From Bdellovibrionales bacterium (lineage in GTDB: Bacteria > Bdellovibrionota > Bdellovibrionia > Bdellovibrionales > JAUICD01): DNA of 64,000 nucleotides. Location of the stretch: positions 832,001 to 896,000 of the forward strand of contig OZ253553.1 in NCBI GenBank assembly GCA_965262715.1, read 5' to 3'. This document shows positions 57,815 to 64,000 of this stretch, piece after piece; the first letter of the stretch is position 1; each line of letters begins with the position of its first letter. The notes beneath the pieces are model-generated. The model was not told where the DNA came from and ran no database searches. It saw only the letters and a program-made list of their open reading frames with translations. The translations under genes were made by a program, and so were the position numbers.

Positions 57815-59407
57815 ATGCGCATAAATTTTTTACTTATATCTCTTAGTATTTTTTCTCTTATAGGAATAGGAGGTTATTTTTGGCCACTTATTTGGTGGCT
57901 ATTTGCACCTACTACTCTTTGTTTTTCAATTGGCTTGGTAGATATGGCCCAAAAAAAGCGGGCTATTTTAAAGAACTTTCCAGTTATTGGTCGCCTAAGA
58001 TATTTTTTTGAAGCTATACGTCCTGAGATTCAACAGTACTTTGTAGAGAACAATACAAATGGGACACCTTTTTCTCGTGAGTATCGGAGCATTGTTTATC
58101 AGAGAGCTAAGAGAGCTTTAGATACTGTGCCTTTCGGCACAGAAAGAGATGTGTATTCCGTTGGTTATGAGTGGGTCAATCATTCTCTGACCCCAGAAAA
58201 GGTAGACCCTCAAAGTTTACGTGTGCTCATAGGAGGAAAAGATTGCAAAAAACCTTACTCTTGTAGTGTTTTTAACATAGCTGCTATGAGTTATGGCTCT
58301 TTGAGCAAAAATGCTATTTTAGCACTTAATGGTGGAGCTAAAATGGGAAATTTTTACCATAATACAGGAGAAGGTTCCATTAGTCCTCATCACCGCAAGC
58401 CAGGAGGAGATATTGTATGGCAGATTGGTACTGGTTATTTTGGATGTCGGGATAAGATGGGAGAATTTTCTGAAGACGTATTTCAAGAAGCAGCATCTGA
58501 TGATCAGGTTAAAATGATAGAGCTTAAGCTTTCTCAAGGAGCTAAGCCAGCACATGGAGGCATTCTTCCTGCTAAAAAAATCACATCTGAAATTGCTAAG
58601 ATAAGAGGAGTGCAAATGGGGGAAGATATTGTTTCTCCTGCTTATCATAGCACATTTCAAACGCCTCGTGGACTTTTACACTTTATACAAAAATTAAGAG
58701 AACTTTCTGAACACAAACCTGTTGGTTTTAAATTATGTATTGGCCATCATTATGAATTTGTTGCTATATGCCAAGCTATGTTAGAGGAGAAAATTTATCC
58801 AGATTTTATAGCTGTGGATGGAGGAGAAGGCGGTACAGGCGCAGCACCTCTTGAGTTTTCTAACGCTGTTGGTATGCCACTTGATGAAAGCCTTGTTTTT
58901 GTACATGACATATTGGCAGGATATAACCTTAAAAAACATATTAAATTGATCTGTTCAGGTAAAGTGATCACTGCATTTCAAATGTTAAATAAAATAGCTC
59001 TTGGCGCAGATGTTTTAACATCTGCCAGAGGAATGATGATGGCGTTAGGTTGTATTCAAGCTAGAAAATGCAACTCTAATAATTGTCCAGTGGGCGTGGC
59101 TACACAGAAAACCCATCTGGTGATTGGGTTAGATGTAAAAGATAAAAAAAATCGTGTTTATTTTTATCATAAAAAAAATATTGAGAACCTTGCCGCTCTT
59201 ATTGGCGCAACAGGCTGTAGTCTAGCTGATGAGATTGAAAGAAGTTTTATAAATAGACGTATTAATAGGACAGAGGTGAGAACTTATGAAGAACTCTTTC
59301 CTTCAATTAAAGCTGGAGATTTTCTTAATGGTCATATTCCAGAAAAATTTAGAATTGATATCCAGCTAGCAACCCCAGATTCTTTTAAAGCCAAAATAGC
59401 TGCTTAA
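57815..59407 (+). CDS. FMN-binding glutamate synthase family protein with N-terminal TM segments
   Basis: AMSYGSLS, NTGEG, ELKLSQGAKP.HGG.LP, VDGGEGGTGAAP, CIQARKC...CPVGVATQ. Confidence 0.93.
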   Translation: MRINFLLISLSIFSLIGIGGYFWPLIWWLFAPTTLCFSIGLVDMAQKKRAILKNFPVIGRLRYFFEAIRPEIQQYFVENNTNGTPFSREYRSIVYQRAKRALDTVPFGTERDVYSVGYEWVNHSLTPEKVDPQSLRVLIGGKDCKKPYSCSVFNIAAMSYGSLSKNAILALNGGAKMGNFYHNTGEGSISPHHRKPGGDIVWQIGTGYFGCRDKMGEFSEDVFQEAASDDQVKMIELKLSQGAKPAHGGILPAKKITSEIAKIRGVQMGEDIVSPAYHSTFQTPRGLLHFIQKLRELSEHKPVGFKLCIGHHYEFVAICQAMLEEKIYPDFIAVDGGEGGTGAAPLEFSNAVGMPLDESLVFVHDILAGYNLKKHIKLICSGKVITAFQMLNKIALGADVLTSARGMMMALGCIQARKCNSNNCPVGVATQKTHLVIGLDVKDKKNRVYFYHKKNIENLAALIGATGCSLADEIERSFINRRINRTEVRTYEELFPSIKAGDFLNGHIPEKFRIDIQLATPDSFKAKIAA

Positions 59408-59597
59408 ATAAAAACCCTTTAAAAAATTCAAAAAATCTTGCTATTTTCTTAAGTTTCATCTATCTTCACAAAAAACTTACTTATTGAGTGAAACAGTCCT
59501 TTTATGTGGTATTTCAGTTAAGAGGTTGTTTTGAAAATGTGAGCACAGGAAGTTATTTTAAGATGAGTTCTAATGAATTAGATTGTAGGAGATAATT

Positions 59598-60107
59598 ATG
59601 AAGCATTCAAGATCAAGACTTCTTTTAATTGTTATATTTTGTAGTATAACCCTCAATTCACCATCTATTGCAGATGCAGCAGATGCAAAAAGTTATTGTG
59701 CTAGAGCCTTAAGTAATGCAAATAAATTATTAAAAAACTTAGCGCATGGAAAAACGGCTTTGATGTATGCAGCCCAACATGGTGATGTTAATTTCGTATT
59801 AGAAGCTGTAAGAAAAAAATTTATTCCTAGAAGTAGCACAGGAGAGTCGCTTGCACAATATCACTTTTATTTATATGTTAATCATGTAGATTCTAATGGT
59901 AAAACAGCTTTGATGTATGCAGCTGAAAAGGGCCACAAAGATGCTGTTATCACTTTAATACGCGCAGCTGCCGACATAAATATTAAAGATGGAAATAATA
60001 AAACAGCTTCAATACATGCAGCTGAAAATGGCCACCATGATATTGCAGAAATGCTAACAAGAGAAGATATCTTAGATGAGTTAGGTGGTCTATCTTATGT
60101 ATTTTAA
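59598..60107 (+). CDS. Secreted ankyrin-repeat protein
   Basis: AGGAG RBS, signal peptide, two GKTALMYAA motifs. Confidence 0.88.
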   Translation: MKHSRSRLLLIVIFCSITLNSPSIADAADAKSYCARALSNANKLLKNLAHGKTALMYAAQHGDVNFVLEAVRKKFIPRSSTGESLAQYHFYLYVNHVDSNGKTALMYAAEKGHKDAVITLIRAAADINIKDGNNKTASIHAAENGHHDIAEMLTREDILDELGGLSYVF

Positions 60108-60720
60108 TAAATAGAAAAAATTTGCATTTTTGCATTAATTAAAAGTAAGGTTCATGACACCTTAAGGTGTTAACGTTTTCAATTGGATATGTCTTTAACT
60201 TATAATTAATTCAATCTTTTTATCCGGGATTCTGGCAAACTTGGAGCTTATTTATATAAGCTATGTCAAAACACCTGATTCTTATAATTAAGGACTGTTA
60301 AATCAACACCCCCTTTCTAGACCTATTTGTCTTGCCCCTTGCAAAATAGTAACCACTCATCTGAGCAAACTTTCCAGGCGAAATCTAAGTCTAAATGCTC
60401 TTAATAAATGTGAAATAAATATTGTATAATACATTATTTTATTTTGTATTATACAAATTTTATATTTTATAATACAAATAAATAGGAGTTTTTCATCTAT
60501 TTTTTCTATTCATTTTTTTGGCTTCATCAATCCTCTTCATGCAAACCCCATATCAAGGGTTGAGTACAATAGAGGGGTAAATGGCCTATCAAGGCCTTTT
60601 AAACGTATATAGAGAGCTTAAGAAGGGTTAGAAAAGACCCTTTAAAACCTCTACTGATAAGTCAAATTCTATTTATAAGATGCTTCCTATGTAGTATATA
60701 AGGCATAAGACTTAAGTCGG

Positions 60721-60760
60721 TGTGACTTTTAGTTAAAAGTTACAGTATCAAGTAGTTGAA
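60721..60760 (-). other. Third TGTAACTT-N8-AAGT(T/C)ACA site, ~140 bp downstream of the tyrosine recombinase gene
   Basis: Reverse complement ttcaactacttgatac-tgtaactt-ttaactaa-aagtcaca matches ttcaataacttaatac-tgtaactt-N8-aagttaca at 40889-40928. Confidence 0.55.
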
Positions 60761-60896
60761 ATTATTATGTTTTTTTCCTTAAATATATTACTTTTCGTAT
60801 TATGTTTCATTAATATGAAACATTTTATTAGAAAAATTATTTTCCGCACAAGTTGAAAAAACAGTATAAGAATGGGCTTTAATGAAAGTCTTACCA

Positions 60897-61454
60897 TTAC
60901 AAAATGAGCTTTTTAAGCTCTTTTTGTGAATAGATATAATTGGCATAGATCATTGTATTGGTGATACTGCGATGCCCTAATGCCAACTGGACTAATCTTA
61001 GATCTTTTGTTTTTTTATAGAGTTCAATAGCAAATGTATGCCTCAAAGCATGAAGTTTTTTATTAACAGGCCTGTAATGTCCCCATATTTGTCGAAAGCG
61101 GTTATATGAAATCTCAAAAAGCTGTTGTTCTGATTTTGCATTAGAAAGTCTCGCATATTTCATAAGTTTTTTAAAAAGACGAGGACTTAAAGGTAGTTCC
61201 CTATCATTTGAATTTTTAATTCCTCTAAAAAAAATGGTTTGATCAAATTCATTTATATCTGAATACCTAAGATTGAGTATTTCTGTTGCCCTGGCTCCTG
61301 TTTTTAAGGCTACATAAAGAATTAAAGCATCTCTAGGATAAACTTGCATACATTCTTTGAGGATACCTTCTAATTGTTCTACTTCATGAGCTAAAAGGTA
61401 TTTATTTTTATTTAATCCATATAGTTTTACTTGCTCTTGTTTTTCCAAATCCAT
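60897..61454 (-). CDS. Small tyrosine recombinase (catalytic domain only)
   Basis: TGARATEIL (R), GIKNS (K), HALRHTFA, LGHRSITNTMIY. Confidence 0.93.
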   Translation of the reverse strand: MDLEKQEQVKLYGLNKNKYLLAHEVEQLEGILKECMQVYPRDALILYVALKTGARATEILNLRYSDINEFDQTIFFRGIKNSNDRELPLSPRLFKKLMKYARLSNAKSEQQLFEISYNRFRQIWGHYRPVNKKLHALRHTFAIELYKKTKDLRLVQLALGHRSITNTMIYANYIYSQKELKKLIL

Positions 61455-61668
61455 TTTGTAAATACCTTTTGCTGCTTTAAACTTATACTCTATTTATAGG
61501 CATTTTTAAAGAATAAAATACATCAAACTCAAGAGTAGAGGCTATAGTGGGCTTAAGTTTCTAAATAGAATTTTTAATTTAAAAATTTATTTTAAAAATA
61601 ACTTGAATCTTTTTAATAAAATTGCGAGTTTTCTGTATAGTCACTAAGTACTTATCTTAAAGAGGAGA

Positions 61669-62058
61669 TTGCAAACTGTGAAGGACGATCGATTTAAACT
61701 ACAATATCATATTCCAAAGCTTTCTTATATCCTTTTTAGAGCTTTAAAGTCTCCTCTATTGATTTATTTTACTATTGCTGGAAACTTGCTGACTTTTTCT
61801 GCAGCTTATATTTTTTATTTTTTTGAAAATGAAATAAATGAAAATGTATCTAGTTATTTAGATGCAGTTTGGTGGGCTCTTTGCACTGTTTCTACAGTTG
61901 GTTATGGTGATATTGTTCCAGTAACAATAGCAGGTCGTATTGTTGGGGTATTTCTTATTATTGTAGGAGTGGCTTTCTTTTTAGGATTTATGGCAGCTCT
62001 TGTTTCAATGATGTCTACCTTTATTGCAGAAGAACAAAGGAATATAAAGAGAAGATAA
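61669..62058 (+). CDS. Two-TM potassium channel pore protein (KcsA-like)
   Basis: AVWWALCTVSTVGYGD selectivity filter between two hydrophobic helices; GAGGAG RBS. Confidence 0.9.
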   Translation: MQTVKDDRFKLQYHIPKLSYILFRALKSPLLIYFTIAGNLLTFSAAYIFYFFENEINENVSSYLDAVWWALCTVSTVGYGDIVPVTIAGRIVGVFLIIVGVAFFLGFMAALVSMMSTFIAEEQRNIKRR

Positions 62059-62139
62059 TTTTTTTGTTAAAAATAAAACACAAGTAAGCTTGTGATTTTA
62101 TCGCTTTTTAACTAACAACAAAACAATTTTGTACAGTTT

Positions 62140-63159
62140 ATGAAAATTCACAAATTATTATTATTACTACCAGTGTTGTTAGCTCACCAGATAGCTCCTT
62201 TTCTCTTAAAACTCATTTCTTTTTGGCGTAAAATTTATATCAATAAGTGGTCTTCTTTTAGGTGGCGTAACTTAAATTTTCCAAATCCACTAGGTATTGC
62301 TGGAGGGATAGATAAAAATGCTTTTAATATTTCCGATTGGTGGAAGTGGAATATAGGATTTGTAGAGGTAGGTACAGTCACTGTTAAGGGCCAAAAATGC
62401 AATCCTTCCCCCTTACTTATAAGGGATATTCAAAATCAAAATCTTTGGAATCACTTAGGTTTTCCAAATAAAGGGGCAGATATTATAAAAAGAAGACTTC
62501 TAAAACTTAAAAGGCCTTACCCAACCCCTCTTTTTTTGAATATAGGTAAAAACAGAGAAACTCCAGAAAATAAAGCTTCTAATGATTATGTTTTTTTGAT
62601 TCAAACTTTTCGCAAATTGGTTGATGGATTTGTGATCAACATTTCTAGTCCTAATACAAAAGGGCTTAGAAATCTCCTATCCATTCAAAAAATAACAGGT
62701 TTTCTAATGCCTATAGTGAAAATAGCCAAAGAAGGTAATCAGCCTTGTCATTTATTTTTAAAACTCAGTCCAGATATGAGCAAGTCAGATCTTCTCTATG
62801 TTATTGATGAGAGTCTTAGGCTTGGTTTTGATGGATGGATCCTTACAAATACCACACAAGAAAGGCCGCTTTCACATTCTTATCCTTCAACAGGAGGTCT
62901 TTCAGGTAGATTTTTAAAACAGAAATCTTTAGAATGTCTTAAGTGGGCTCATGTTCATTTAATTCAAAAATTAGGTATAGAAAAGAGGAAGGATTACCTG
63001 CTTATTTCTGTAGGAGGTGTGATGCAAGCTGAAGATGTTTTTGAGCGTCTGAATTGTGGGGCTGACCTTATTCAAGTTTACACAGCTCTTGTTTTTGAGG
63101 GACCTTGCTTTTTTCAAAAAATCTATAAGCTTAAAATGGGGATAAAAAACCAAAGTTAA
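62140..63159 (+). CDS. pyrD: Quinone-dependent dihydroorotate dehydrogenase (class 2)
   Basis: NPLGIAGGIDK, NIGKN, NISSPNTKGLR, LKLSPD, TNTT, GGLSG. Confidence 0.93.
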   Translation: MKIHKLLLLLPVLLAHQIAPFLLKLISFWRKIYINKWSSFRWRNLNFPNPLGIAGGIDKNAFNISDWWKWNIGFVEVGTVTVKGQKCNPSPLLIRDIQNQNLWNHLGFPNKGADIIKRRLLKLKRPYPTPLFLNIGKNRETPENKASNDYVFLIQTFRKLVDGFVINISSPNTKGLRNLLSIQKITGFLMPIVKIAKEGNQPCHLFLKLSPDMSKSDLLYVIDESLRLGFDGWILTNTTQERPLSHSYPSTGGLSGRFLKQKSLECLKWAHVHLIQKLGIEKRKDYLLISVGGVMQAEDVFERLNCGADLIQVYTALVFEGPCFFQKIYKLKMGIKNQS

Positions 63160-63473
63160 ATTTATAAATCCAATTTTCCAAATGATGACCTAAACTTTAT
63201 ATATGGGTTTTTACGAAATAAAAGATTTATTTATAAAATCTATTAGATGACATTCCCCAATCACACAAGAGCACTAAATATTTGAAGTCCTTAGGGTTTA
63301 TTATAAATTTTCTGTAGCTCTAAAAAAAAATAATAAAATTTTCTAACCAAAGGTATACTTTATTCAGTCTAGTTTTATAAAGGTCATAAATACAGATGTT
63401 GCACAACGTTAGCTTTATTGTGAGACTATTTATGAGCTATTAGGAAAACTTTTTTAGAGGGGGGGATGCAAGT

Positions 63474-63863
63474 ATGCTCAAAAATATTCTCATTCAAAAA
63501 GGGCTTTCTAAAAGGGAAGCAGAAGTTGTAGAAATGGTTACTAAAGGTTTATCTAATAAGGAGGTAGCAAACCAACTTTTTGTAACAGAAAAAACTATTA
63601 AGTTTCATTTAACCAATATCTATAAAAAGATGAGCTTAAAATCAAGAGCTCAGCTTATTGTATGGTGTATGCCTCATCAACACTTTATAGGAGAAGAAGC
63701 CAGAAGGTCACAAGCACTCCAAAATAGCGGTCAAGACCTACTGACTCATCAAGGTTCTATTCCTAGAGGTAGTTCTACTGTAACCTCTAGTAACAATACA
63801 CCAGATTATTTAAACCGTCCCAATAATCCTTCTGTTGGGCAACCTAACCTTTGGGAAAAGTAA
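63474..63863 (+). CDS. LuxR-type HTH transcriptional regulator (solo DNA-binding domain with low-complexity tail)
   Basis: LSKREAEVV..GLSNKEVA.QLFVTEKTIKFHLTNIYKK. Confidence 0.92.
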   Translation: MLKNILIQKGLSKREAEVVEMVTKGLSNKEVANQLFVTEKTIKFHLTNIYKKMSLKSRAQLIVWCMPHQHFIGEEARRSQALQNSGQDLLTHQGSIPRGSSTVTSSNNTPDYLNRPNNPSVGQPNLWEK

Positions 63864-64000
63864 ATAGAGAGAGGGGCATATTGCTTTGGAATAATAAAAG
63901 GATGAGTGGGGGAACAGGAAGTTAGATGTTTATAAATGGCTTAATAATGTAGCCAAATGAATACACACCTAATTGTCTATGTTTCATCACCCACCCCTCC

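Noticed and set aside
60780..60830. Chromosomal dif site beside the recombinase
   Set aside because: Only a partial tattatgtt match to the XerD arm; no proper 11-6-11 dif layout

Overview
AT-rich bacterial chromosomal segment. The gene set and the 'AFQNCG' lipoprotein signal suggest Bdellovibrionota/Oligoflexia, possibly host-associated given the many secreted ankyrin, RCC1-like and Cys-rich repeat proteins (inference). Housekeeping genes: asnS, ygfZ, a DsbA-family gene, lipA-E2-lpdA-lipB, glmS, an hpt-like gene, tRNA-Ser(GCT), trmD, rimM, PBP1A, uvrA, ggt, ETF-QO, a trigger-factor-like gene, HIT, sppA, dppA, an FMN glutamate-synthase-family gene and pyrD. These are interleaved with paralogous secreted-protein clusters and IS elements: two IS1634-family elements with 246- and 189-bp direct repeats, one IS3 nested in the second, one IS903-group IS5 and a derivative of it. 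The most unusual non-coding structures are: (1) a 7 x 431-bp tandem array between trmD and tRNA-Ser, in which each unit carries the 5' half of the tRNA cut just after the anticodon; (2) a dispersed three-way-junction element with many compensatory base changes, lying sense-upstream of genes and found in both tandem amplifications; (3) a second covarying hairpin family with a conserved core and variable stem; (4) three loxP-like TGTAACTT-N8-AAGTTACA sites, two with mutually inverted spacers upstream of a Cys-repeat surface lipoprotein and one beside a small tyrosine recombinase. No CRISPR array or rRNA was seen. All alignments and folds were done by eye.
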